Source: Nanobdellota archaeon (GTDB lineage: Archaea; Nanobdellota; Nanobdellia; CSSed11-243R1). From it: 42,325 nucleotides of DNA. The DNA lies in assembly GCA_021163365.1 (NCBI GenBank), contig JAGGWW010000042.1:1-42325 (forward strand), given 5' to 3'. Both the position numbers and the translations under genes were made by a program. The notes beneath the pieces were generated by a model. That model worked only from the letters and a program-made list of their open reading frames with translations. It searched no databases and was not told where the DNA came from. This document shows positions 8,304 to 17,008 of the stretch, piece by piece (positions within the stretch are counted from its first letter, which is position 1; each line of letters starts with the position of its first letter).

Positions 8304-10108
8304 GTTTTTTCAAGCAAATAAAAGGATATTAAAATACCAAGCAATGCTCCTGAGATGAGTATGAGGATATCAATAATTAAATTTGTTGTTGAAAATGGTT
8401 TAACTTTAAAAACTTCTATTTCAGCACCTTTTTTAACTAATTGTTTGCCAGTTGTAGCTTCAACCAAATCTTCAGATATTAAAGCCATTTGCCTTGAATA
8501 GCTAAAGAAAACCATTGATTGAAGAGGGTCTTTTTGTCTTAAGGTTTTTCCAAACTCTAAATAGCTTAGTGCTAAGATTGGTAAAAGTCCTTTTTCTTCT
8601 GCTTTTTTAATGTAAAGCTTTGCATCATATTCTAAGTCATTTAATTTTTCTTCAATTGTTTCATTTGTTAATGCCCTAATCTCCATTGCTAAATTTGCTG
8701 TTGCTCTTGCTTTTGATGCTTCAAACAAAGCAAACACATAATTCTCAGAATTGTATGCTGTTATTGCTTTTTTAAGATGTTCTTTTGCTTGTTCAACAAC
8801 AGAATTATTAACAACAGTTTGAGCATAAACAATGGATGTTTGAGCTTGTTCTATTCTTTCTTGAGCAATGGATTTAACATTTTGAGGATTAAATGATAAA
8901 ATCATGTCACCTTTAAAATAATTAACAAGTGTAAGCCAACTGTATGCTGTATTTTCTCTAACCTTTGCAAATGCTGCTAAGTATAATGTTTTATATGTGT
9001 CATTCTCTATTTTTGCATTGTATGCTTCTTTTAAAATGTCTTCTGCTTCTTTTATCCTATCTATTACTACAGCATAAACTTCTATGTCATTTAAATTGTC
9101 TATTTTTCTATTTCTTAAAAATAAGGATTCAAATGTGCTAATATCAAGTGTAACATTCCCAAGAATCTTATTTAGCTCGTTCTCTTTTTCCTCACTTTCT
9201 TCATAGGTTAAAACATAGATAACATACTGAGAATTTATCATGGACCTCACAGAAAAGCTTGATGCAGAATAATATTCTTTTTTTGAAAAACTATCTTCTG
9301 CATTATTAATTTCTTGCTTTGCAAGATTAAGATATTCTTTAAGCTCGCTTTTAATACTATCTGATGCTATTGAAACATTAAAATTTCCTTCTGCTTTTTC
9401 ATATAGTTCTTGCGCTTGATTTAAAAGCTCATTGCTAAGTTTTTTCATTATCTCTGTATATGTTTTTGAAGCTATTTCTGAGTTTGTTATGTTTTTTCTT
9501 ACAATTTGATAACCAGTTAAATACTTGTACGCGTCTGTTATATCCCCAACATCAATAACGTCAATATCCCATTTTGACTTTGCTAAGGATTTTATGTTTT
9601 CATCTAATTCTCCTTTTGGGATTAGAAGTACTTTAGCTCCAGCAATGTATGCTGCTTGTGTTTTTTCTATTATTCCACCAACTGGACCTATGCTCCCACC
9701 AGGATTAATTGTTCCTGTTATTAACACATCTTTTTTTAAGTTAATTCCTTGCAAAGCTGCCATTGTTGCAGCTGTCATAGCTGCACCAGCACTTGGACCT
9801 CCAACCATTTGGTAATCAGAATGTATTATGTAAAAGAAGTCAAGATTCGAGCAGTTATATTCCAATATATTGCATGCAACTTCTTTAGCAAGTCGCGCAG
9901 AAGCTTGCGTATCAATTTCTGTTAAAGGTTTTGTTTCAACAAAAACTCTTCCACTTCCAGGTTTAACTTCAACTGTTAGGTTTGCAACAACACCCATAAA
10001 GTCTCCAGAATCAAGAACTCTAACTCCAAGGATTTTTGTTTGTGCAATATTTGCATGAGCAATACTAAGTGAAATTAAAAATAAAAGAGCAAATAACTTG
10101 ATTTTCAT
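8300..10108 (-). CDS. Membrane-anchored Lon-like (S16) serine protease without an ATPase domain
   Basis: Signal peptide; GGPSAGAAMT catalytic Ser; TGTINPGGSIGPVGGIIEK catalytic Lys; long helical stalk; C-terminal TM helix. Confidence 0.88.
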   Translation of the reverse strand: MKIKLFALLFLISLSIAHANIAQTKILGVRVLDSGDFMGVVANLTVEVKPGSGRVFVETKPLTEIDTQASARLAKEVACNILEYNCSNLDFFYIIHSDYQMVGGPSAGAAMTAATMAALQGINLKKDVLITGTINPGGSIGPVGGIIEKTQAAYIAGAKVLLIPKGELDENIKSLAKSKWDIDVIDVGDITDAYKYLTGYQIVRKNITNSEIASKTYTEIMKKLSNELLNQAQELYEKAEGNFNVSIASDSIKSELKEYLNLAKQEINNAEDSFSKKEYYSASSFSVRSMINSQYVIYVLTYEESEEKENELNKILGNVTLDISTFESLFLRNRKIDNLNDIEVYAVVIDRIKEAEDILKEAYNAKIENDTYKTLYLAAFAKVRENTAYSWLTLVNYFKGDMILSFNPQNVKSIAQERIEQAQTSIVYAQTVVNNSVVEQAKEHLKKAITAYNSENYVFALFEASKARATANLAMEIRALTNETIEEKLNDLEYDAKLYIKKAEEKGLLPILALSYLEFGKTLRQKDPLQSMVFFSYSRQMALISEDLVEATTGKQLVKKGAEIEVFKVKPFSTTNLIIDILILISGALLGILISFYLLEKT

Positions 10109-10144
10109 ACATGCAAAAAGATGTAGATAACTTATAAATGCTAC

Positions 10145-10356
10145 GCATGAGAACGCGGGTTCCTACATGAGAACTACGCTTCCATACCTCCCTTTTCCGT
10201 AAAGGCTTTCTTCAAACCTTTCTTAAAAAGAAAGCTTTACCAAAGAAGCCTTTTCCGTAAACGCTTTTCTTTAGAAAAGGGTTTGAAGAAAGATTTACCA
10301 AAGAAATCTTTTGTGTAAAGGCTTTTTCTAAAAGTTTGAAGAATATGGGTTCTGAT
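10145..10356. repeat. Dispersed modular hairpin element, copy 1
   Basis: 10249-10292 is identical over 44 bp to 12462-12505; contains ATGAGAAC/GGTTC units and a 13-bp perfect inverted repeat (10206-10218 / 10280-10292). Confidence 0.9.
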
Positions 10357-10377
10357 AAAAAATAAAAAAAGAAGGAT

Positions 10378-10749
10378 TTATCTTCCAAAGTGGTATATTG
10401 CTTTTAGTGCAACTACTATTGCTGCTGGTGCAACAAACGCTTGGATGTATTGTAATATTGCTACTAATGTATTACCAATAAATGGAATTAATCCCCAGAA
10501 TCCTGATGCTAACAGCAACACTAATGACGCTACTAAAAATGGTACTTCTTCTTTTAATGTTACATTAATTAATCCAACAATTAAACCAAGCACTGCTAAT
10601 ACCCAAAATATTGTTTGGTTAAGTGTTCTTGTAAGCAACCCTGCAATTATTGCTATAAATATACCAACTAAAAATATCCAGTAACCAACGTTCTTTCCGA
10701 GGTCCAATGTACTCTTCCTTGCTGACTTTCTTCTCCTTTTTGCAGCCAT
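10378..10749 (-). CDS. Small integral membrane protein (about 4 TM) with a basic N-terminus
   Basis: Hydrophobic segments; strong GGAGGTGG SD. Confidence 0.8.
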   Translation of the reverse strand: MAAKRRRKSARKSTLDLGKNVGYWIFLVGIFIAIIAGLLTRTLNQTIFWVLAVLGLIVGLINVTLKEEVPFLVASLVLLLASGFWGLIPFIGNTLVAILQYIQAFVAPAAIVVALKAIYHFGR

Positions 10750-10828
10750 CTCATCCCACCTCCTATGTGCTATTTAAAAATTCACAATATTTAAAAGCTT
10801 CTATAAAGAAGTCACTATAGTGAAGTAG

Positions 10829-11302
10829 TCACCTTGATAAAACAAGTTTTAAAACACCATTTTTAAATATCTTTTTAAATAAATTATATTCTTCTTCAAG
10901 AGGTATTACTTTAAAGTACATCTTCTTTCCAGCGTATGCTCTTATTTCTATTGACTCACTAAATTTTCTTATTATTATGTCATTAACAGAAGAAACATCT
11001 GGAAGTTCGATGCTTATTTCTAATTTTCCTAAAAATCTTTTTATATTTGTCTTAGGCTCAACAACTTTTTCAACTTCTCTTATTGGAACATGTTTCTTGA
11101 TTTGGATTTGTTTTTGGGGCTCGCTTGTTTTAAATGTTATTCTTATATTGGGAAAAAGCTCATCAAATATCTCTTTTATTTCTTCTTCAACGTCTTTTCC
11201 AAACAAGTTAAAGCTAAATTTAAACAAAGTTTTCTTTTCGCCACAATAAGGGCAGTAGTTCCATTCTTTTTTTAGCTCTCTTCCGCATCTTTTACATTTC
11301 AT
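10829..11302 (-). CDS. Zinc-ribbon plus Hsp20/alpha-crystallin-like domain protein
   Basis: CKRC...WNYCPYCG N-terminus; C-terminal EP...IELPDV...FKNGVLKL. Confidence 0.75.
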   Translation of the reverse strand: MKCKRCGRELKKEWNYCPYCGEKKTLFKFSFNLFGKDVEEEIKEIFDELFPNIRITFKTSEPQKQIQIKKHVPIREVEKVVEPKTNIKRFLGKLEISIELPDVSSVNDIIIRKFSESIEIRAYAGKKMYFKVIPLEEEYNLFKKIFKNGVLKLVLSR

Positions 11303-11582
11303 TTACTTTCAACTCCCCCATTTTTCCAACACTTACTTGTATTTCACCATTCCATTCTCTAACATAACCATTTATTACTTCTACTATGTCACCGACTTTA
11401 ACCTTTTCTATTTGTTTTCCCCAAAGTGTTAGTTTTAGCTCACCACTATCATCAAAAACTGTGGCATTTGTAACTTTTTGTTTTCCATATCTTGTTTTAA
11501 CCTCTCTTATTGGTGCGATATCCTTAACTTTTGCTTTAAAATTTACACTTGTCATTCCAGGATGGATTTCAGATATTTTCAT
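11292..11582 (-). CDS. ssb: Single-OB-fold single-stranded DNA-binding protein
   Basis: MKISEI.PGM..VN..AKV, DDSGELKLTLWG, NGYVREWNGEIQVSVGKMG. Confidence 0.9.
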   Translation of the reverse strand: MKISEIHPGMTSVNFKAKVKDIAPIREVKTRYGKQKVTNATVFDDSGELKLTLWGKQIEKVKVGDIVEVINGYVREWNGEIQVSVGKMGELKVNEM

Positions 11583-12211
11583 ATTTTCACCTTTACGATT
11601 TTTACAGGAACTTTCATAACAGAAGTTTTTAATCCATCAATGCCGTCTGCCTCTGCTTGAATACCAAGAGTAATTGAAAGCTCTTTGTTTTTGTTTAGCT
11701 CATATATGTCTTGAATTCCAAAGATATCTGGTTTTATAATAAACTTAAAAACTCCAACCTTTCCAGCTTCAACTATCTGGGATTTAATAACCTTTGTGTA
11801 GCCAAATGATTTTGCAGGGTCGTATATGATTGCTGTGTACTTTCTTCCTATTTGTTCAACACCAACCCTTATTTTAAGCATGGCTTCTGTTCTGTTAGCA
11901 ACCCTGACTTTTAAAACAGCTTTTCCATTTTTTGTTAAAATTATCTCTCTTGGTTCAATTTCAACATCAAGCAATTCCTTTAACCTTTCTTTTATTTTCA
12001 TTAAGATATTGCTTGCTTTTGTTGGATGTGTGTGTTTTTTAAGAACAAGAGCAAGTTTTTTTAGAAAATCATTTGGCTTTGCATCTTGGTTTATTAAGTC
12101 AGTTATAACAAGCTTTGCGTCCTTTTCCCTTAAATTCTTTTTAAGAACATCCATAACAATTTCATATATCTTATACGTAGCAAAAAACTCTGGAAAACTC
12201 TTAACTCTCAT
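11579..12211 (-). CDS. Hypothetical protein (helical N-terminus, beta-sandwich-like C-terminus)
   Basis: 210-aa ORF that overlaps the ssb start by 4 bp and leads a three-gene run. Confidence 0.7.
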   Translation of the reverse strand: MRVKSFPEFFATYKIYEIVMDVLKKNLREKDAKLVITDLINQDAKPNDFLKKLALVLKKHTHPTKASNILMKIKERLKELLDVEIEPREIILTKNGKAVLKVRVANRTEAMLKIRVGVEQIGRKYTAIIYDPAKSFGYTKVIKSQIVEAGKVGVFKFIIKPDIFGIQDIYELNKNKELSITLGIQAEADGIDGLKTSVMKVPVKIVKVKI

Positions 12212-12248
12212 TTTATCACCAAATTATCCAATATCTTTTTATTTAAAT

Positions 12249-12515
12249 AACCTTTCTCTTAGGAAGAGAAAGCTTAACCAAAGAGAAATGAGAACCACCA
12301 GCGGGTTCTCATCCGTTCCTGCAACCCATAGGAACCCAGGTTCCTATTACCTCCTGCATAGGAACCTCCGGCGGGTTCCTATTACCTCCAGGAACCATAG
12401 GAACCTCCAGCATGAGAACCACCAGCGGGTTCCTATATCAGAACCTACGCTTCCATACCTCCCTTTTCCGTAAACGCTTTTCTTTAGAAAAGGGTTTGAA
12501 GAAAGCTTTAAAGAG
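12249..12515. repeat. Dispersed modular hairpin element, copy 2 (longest)
   Basis: Tandem ATGAGAACC..GGTTCTCAT and ATAGGAACC..GGTTCCTAT hairpins plus AT-rich modules; 12288-12326 is identical to 29654-29692. Confidence 0.92.
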
Positions 12516-12544
12516 TTTGAAATTATCTGAGAAGTTAGATAAAA

Positions 12545-13660
12545 ATGGCTGAATTCAAAGTAACGCCATGGGAAGTTGAAGGAAAAATAGATTATGATAA
12601 GCTTGTTAAGCAATTTGGGGTGTCTTTGATAGATGAAAGTATCTTAAAGAAATTTAAGAAAATAACAGGAGAAGTCCATTTCATGCTTAGAAGGAAAATC
12701 TTTTTTGCCCACAGAGACTTAGATTTTATCTTAAATGAGTATGAAAAAGGGAACAAATTTTATCTTTACACTGGAAGGGGTCCTTCTGAAAATCTTCACT
12801 TAGGTCATTTGCTTCCACTAACATTCACAAAGTATCTTCAAGAGAAATTTAAAGTTAAATGTTACATTCAGTTGACTGATGATGAGAAGTTTTTGTTTAA
12901 AAGAAATCTAACAATTGAGCAAGCAAATAAGATTGCTTATGAAAATGCATTAGATATAATTGCGCTTGGGTTCAATAAAAAACTCACAAAGATAATTGTT
13001 GATACAGACTATGCAAAAACACTTTACAAACAAGCAATAAGGGTTGCAAAACACATAACTTTTTCAACTGCTAAGGCTGTTTTTGGATTTGAAAATTCTT
13101 CAAACATAGGACAAATATTTTACACAAGCATGCAGGCAGTTCCTGCTTTTCTTGAATCTGTTTTTCAAGGGAAAAATGTTCCTTGCCTAATTCCACATGG
13201 AATAGACCAAGACCCACATTTTAGGATTGCAAGAGATGTTTTGCCAAAACTTGGATATTTAAAACCAGCGTCGATTCAAAGCAAACTCTTGCCTGGTTTG
13301 TTGGAAGGAGGAAAAATGTCAGCATCTATTCCGAATTCAGCAATTTTTACAACAGATACACCTAAAGAAATTGAAAAGAAGATAAAAAATGCTTTTTCAG
13401 GAGGAAGAGAAACAATTGAGGCTCATAGAAAATATGGTGGAAATCCTGATATTGACATACCTTTTCAATATTTAAAGTACTTTTTTGAGCCAGACGATAA
13501 AAAATTAAAGAAAATCGAAGAAGACTATCGCTCTGGGAAGCTCTTAACTGGTGAATTAAAGCAGATAGTTATTGAAAAAATAACAAAGTTCATATTAGAA
13601 CATCAAGAAAAAAGAGAGAAAGCAAAAGATGTAATTGAGGAATTTATTTTAAGAGATTAA
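12545..13660 (+). CDS. trpS: Tryptophanyl-tRNA synthetase (archaeal/eukaryotic type)
   Basis: VTPWEVEG, YTGRGPS..LHLGH, IDQDPHFR, KMSAS motifs. Confidence 0.97.
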   Translation: MAEFKVTPWEVEGKIDYDKLVKQFGVSLIDESILKKFKKITGEVHFMLRRKIFFAHRDLDFILNEYEKGNKFYLYTGRGPSENLHLGHLLPLTFTKYLQEKFKVKCYIQLTDDEKFLFKRNLTIEQANKIAYENALDIIALGFNKKLTKIIVDTDYAKTLYKQAIRVAKHITFSTAKAVFGFENSSNIGQIFYTSMQAVPAFLESVFQGKNVPCLIPHGIDQDPHFRIARDVLPKLGYLKPASIQSKLLPGLLEGGKMSASIPNSAIFTTDTPKEIEKKIKNAFSGGRETIEAHRKYGGNPDIDIPFQYLKYFFEPDDKKLKKIEEDYRSGKLLTGELKQIVIEKITKFILEHQEKREKAKDVIEEFILRD

Positions 13661-14190
13661 GGTCTTGTCCATCTAACTTCATAGTATGTTACATCTCCTT
13701 CATCATCCACTATTCCAATTAAAAGCTTTTTTCTAACAGAATGCGCGACTCTCATCATTGCTGCAAACTTCCTCCAATCAAAAATTTCTGTTTCATGCAC
13801 TGCAAATAAAACCCATTTTGCATGCTCCTGTCCTGGTGTTGTTCCTCTTTCATAAACTCTAAAATCAGCACCATATTTTAAAGCTGTTTTTGTTATATAT
13901 CCTCTTTTCCTTATATCAGCATAAACAGTATATCTTGTATAAAACCTTGGGTCAACTTTTGTTGCTTCTTTTATAAACCTTTTTAAATCCATAAGTCTGC
14001 CTTTCTGGCTTTTAATAACAATTGTTCCTTTTTGCATTAAGAATAATGCTTCTACTAAAGCAAGTTCTAATTTATCTCTAACTATTTGTCCATACCATCC
14101 TTTGTTAAAAATTCTATTTGATGCTTCTTTATCTAATATAATAACCTTGTCTCCTGTTAAAATTGCTTCAGCTGGTGGTTCTTTAGCCAT
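13657..14190 (-). CDS. endA: tRNA-splicing endonuclease, catalytic alpha-type subunit
   Basis: VYADIRKRGY..KTALKYGADFRVYERG..PGQEHAKW...RVAHSVRKK with the Tyr-His-Lys triad. Confidence 0.95.
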   Translation of the reverse strand: MAKEPPAEAILTGDKVIILDKEASNRIFNKGWYGQIVRDKLELALVEALFLMQKGTIVIKSQKGRLMDLKRFIKEATKVDPRFYTRYTVYADIRKRGYITKTALKYGADFRVYERGTTPGQEHAKWVLFAVHETEIFDWRKFAAMMRVAHSVRKKLLIGIVDDEGDVTYYEVRWTRP

Positions 14191-14213
14191 AAGATAAAAT
14201 TAAAAGAATGGGA

Positions 14214-16073
14214 TTAATAAGTATTGCGATATCTTGTTAAATCTTGTGGATGCTTTCTTGTATATTCTAAAACCTTTTCTCTCCAAACTATTTGTGAAAA
14301 ATGCTTGTATCCAAAGTAAATTAAAACTGCTATGCCAATTATTGCCAATGCAATTAGTCCAGGCACATAAACATCCTTTACTTCTGTTATAAACATTCCT
14401 GTAATACCGAATTCATTTTCCTCTTCTTTATAAGTAAGTGTTATCTCTTTTGTAAATACATCCTCACCATTTACACTAATAACAACAAAAGCTGTATAAT
14501 TAGTTTCATTTGTTGGGATTAAATTAAAGGTAATCTCTTTTGTTTCATCAACATCAAGTGTGATTGTTTCATTTTCCATAGTATAGTTTAATCCAGCTTC
14601 TGGAACAATCTCTATTGTGTATGTCTTTTGTTCAGCTCCAATGTTTGTTATATTAAACTTAAATTCAATTGGTTCTAAATTTGAAAAATTTACTTCTGGT
14701 TGAATGTCCCATGATATTACTACTTGTTCTTCTTCTGGCTTTAAAACGTTAAAGTTTAAGGTTTTTGTAACACATTTGTTTTCTGTGTTACAAACAGTTA
14801 CATTTAATTGATATCCCCCAACTCTTGTTTCATTTGGCACCGTAAGTATCAATGGTATTTCGATAGATTTTGATGCATTAAGGGAAACAAGAGTGCTGTT
14901 TATCTTAATATGTTCCCAACCACTAGTTGAAATCTTATAAACATCATCCATGTTTCCAATGTTATATATTTTAATCTTGTATTCTTTTGATTCTCCTGCG
15001 TTTATCTCATCGTTGTATTTATTAATACTAAACAAGAAGTTCTTTTCTCTTTGAGATATAATAAAGCTCTTTTTAAGCTCATAGTATGTTAATTCATTGT
15101 ATGCCTTAAATGTAACCTCTATGTTGCTTTTGTCTGGTATTTCCAAAAGGAATTTTTCTTCTTTTGTTTCTCCTGGTTGAACACAACTTGTGTGTCCTTT
15201 TTTAAACACATTGTTGTCATAAACATACTCAAATTGATATTGAACTAAAGAAGTTCCTTTGTTTTTTATTAAAGCAGTACCTTCAACTATTTCTCCTGGA
15301 AAAATTGTGCTTTTTTCAAGTGAAACATCAACTATTTCTATATCTTCTTTGTGATACGTTTTATCTTCTTTTAATCCACTAACTGATAAATAACTTGGAT
15401 TACTAATTAATCCATCTGAGTATGCTTGAGCAGCAATTAAGAAATTAGATTCTCCAAATTCATCAACCGGAAGTTCAACTTCTTTTGTTTTAACATCATT
15501 TGCTGGAACTTCTATTTTTACAGTTTCTGGGTTTTCAAAATTCTTTTCTCCTTTTAAATATATTTTAACTTCATGGTTTTGTGTATCTTTGTTTTCAATT
15601 CTTATCCCTATTTTTAAAATGTTGTTGTTAATTGAGTAATCCAATAAGTTAAGTTGAAGTTCTTTATCCCCCATGTCTTCAACTTTTACAACCTTAAACT
15701 CTTTTGCTAAGTCACCTATTTTAACTCTAACAACATATTCTCCTTCATCTGATATATCAATTGTTTTGTAAAAGTATCCATCAAAAACATAATCATCAGA
15801 AGGGCCAATGTATGTTGGAGAGTATGTGGCAACAAGATTTCCTTCATCATCTAACACTTGGATTTTTAATTCTGATGTTTTAAGAGCTTGTGTGTCATCG
15901 TTAATATAAATATATCCAAAAACCAAGAATTCTTCATCTTCATTTAAAACTAACTCATCATTGTCTGGATTAAATGGAAATATATCCATCTTAATATCAT
16001 AAACAGACGCATTTGCTATGCTTAAAGCAAGGATAAAAGCAAGTATTCCGAGTAAAAATTTACTACTCTTCAA
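14214..16073 (-). CDS. Surface protein with tandem Ig-like (CARDB/NEW3-like) domains and a C-terminal TM anchor; S-layer-like
   Basis: Signal peptide (TTG start, GGGTGGTG SD), repeated I.N.G beta-sandwich motifs, many NxS/T sequons, GITGMF before the TM helix. Confidence 0.75.
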   Translation of the reverse strand: MKSSKFLLGILAFILALSIANASVYDIKMDIFPFNPDNDELVLNEDEEFLVFGYIYINDDTQALKTSELKIQVLDDEGNLVATYSPTYIGPSDDYVFDGYFYKTIDISDEGEYVVRVKIGDLAKEFKVVKVEDMGDKELQLNLLDYSINNNILKIGIRIENKDTQNHEVKIYLKGEKNFENPETVKIEVPANDVKTKEVELPVDEFGESNFLIAAQAYSDGLISNPSYLSVSGLKEDKTYHKEDIEIVDVSLEKSTIFPGEIVEGTALIKNKGTSLVQYQFEYVYDNNVFKKGHTSCVQPGETKEEKFLLEIPDKSNIEVTFKAYNELTYYELKKSFIISQREKNFLFSINKYNDEINAGESKEYKIKIYNIGNMDDVYKISTSGWEHIKINSTLVSLNASKSIEIPLILTVPNETRVGGYQLNVTVCNTENKCVTKTLNFNVLKPEEEQVVISWDIQPEVNFSNLEPIEFKFNITNIGAEQKTYTIEIVPEAGLNYTMENETITLDVDETKEITFNLIPTNETNYTAFVVISVNGEDVFTKEITLTYKEEENEFGITGMFITEVKDVYVPGLIALAIIGIAVLIYFGYKHFSQIVWREKVLEYTRKHPQDLTRYRNTY

Positions 16074-16100
16074 TTACACCACCCCTATAGAATTAGAAAA

Positions 16101-16940
16101 CTACTGTGTATTTATAAACCTTTCTATTTTTGAATTTACCTTGTCTATAAAAACAGAGATTGGTTTAGTAAACCTGCTTTTTGAAAAAACATATGCTAAG
16201 AAACCAAGCAAAAGCCCACCAATTATGTCAATGCCCCAATGTATGCCTAAAAATAGGATTGCAAAAGCTGTTAAAATTAATATTTTTAATGTGAGTATAA
16301 AAGACCTTTTGTGCCTCATTTCAAATGAAAGCAAAAGCAAAGAAAATGGCACACTTATATGTCCACTTGGAAAACAATCATCTAATCTATCAACAAGCAT
16401 TACTAAGCTTAGATAAACAGGATTGCTGTATAGTAAGGGTTTAACAGGTGTGTTTTCTGGATACAAAGATGTTACTTTTACATTAAAGAACAAATAAGAA
16501 GGCACTAAGATAGCATAGCTGAATGCAAGTATGTATGTATATCTTCTTAAAAGCTGTTTTTCACCTGTTAAAATGAAATATAATGGGAATGCAACTAAGA
16601 GACCCATAAAGAAAAGCAAGTAAAAAATTGAAATAAAATTTGTAAATATGCTTGAATGTATGAGTGATTGAAGAAACACTATGTGCTTGTTTCCTTCTAA
16701 GTTATAGAAAACAGGTGTGAAATCAATTCCAAAAGAAGAAATGTCTTGTAATTTGTTTTCTAATTTTATAAATAATAAGATTAATAAAAGGACAATTAGA
16801 TTTCCTGGAGCTTCGCTTAAACCTTTTTTTAATGATTCATAATTTATTCTTTTATCATGGTCCAATATCTTTACACTTACGATTAGAAAAATCACTAGTG
16901 CAGGGATATACCAACTCAATCCTAAAACAACTGGATTCAT
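16101..16940 (-). CDS. PAP2-superfamily membrane phosphoesterase/phosphotransferase
   Basis: CFPSGHIS and LGIHWGIDIIGG motifs; multiple TM helices. Confidence 0.85.
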   Translation of the reverse strand: MNPVVLGLSWYIPALVIFLIVSVKILDHDKRINYESLKKGLSEAPGNLIVLLLILLFIKLENKLQDISSFGIDFTPVFYNLEGNKHIVFLQSLIHSSIFTNFISIFYLLFFMGLLVAFPLYFILTGEKQLLRRYTYILAFSYAILVPSYLFFNVKVTSLYPENTPVKPLLYSNPVYLSLVMLVDRLDDCFPSGHISVPFSLLLLSFEMRHKRSFILTLKILILTAFAILFLGIHWGIDIIGGLLLGFLAYVFSKSRFTKPISVFIDKVNSKIERFINTQ

Positions 16941-17008
16941 GTTTCAAGAAAGTTAAAATCCATTTAAAAATTTTTAGAAATAGAAATATTTAAAACTTGG
17001 TGTCACTT

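Noticed and set aside
10812-10823. 12-bp perfect palindrome TCACTATAGTGA
   Set aside because: Single occurrence, short enough to arise by chance; no second site noticed.
12288-12460. CRISPR array interpretation of the GAACC/GGTTC repeats
   Set aside because: Units are 9-15 bp, alternate in orientation, and are separated by short related linkers rather than unique 30-40-nt spacers; no cas genes in the window.
11826-12613. Track ORFs 11826-12473 (+) and 12347-12613 (-)
   Set aside because: They are antisense to real genes and run through the repeat element; the frames are not preserved in the other copies.
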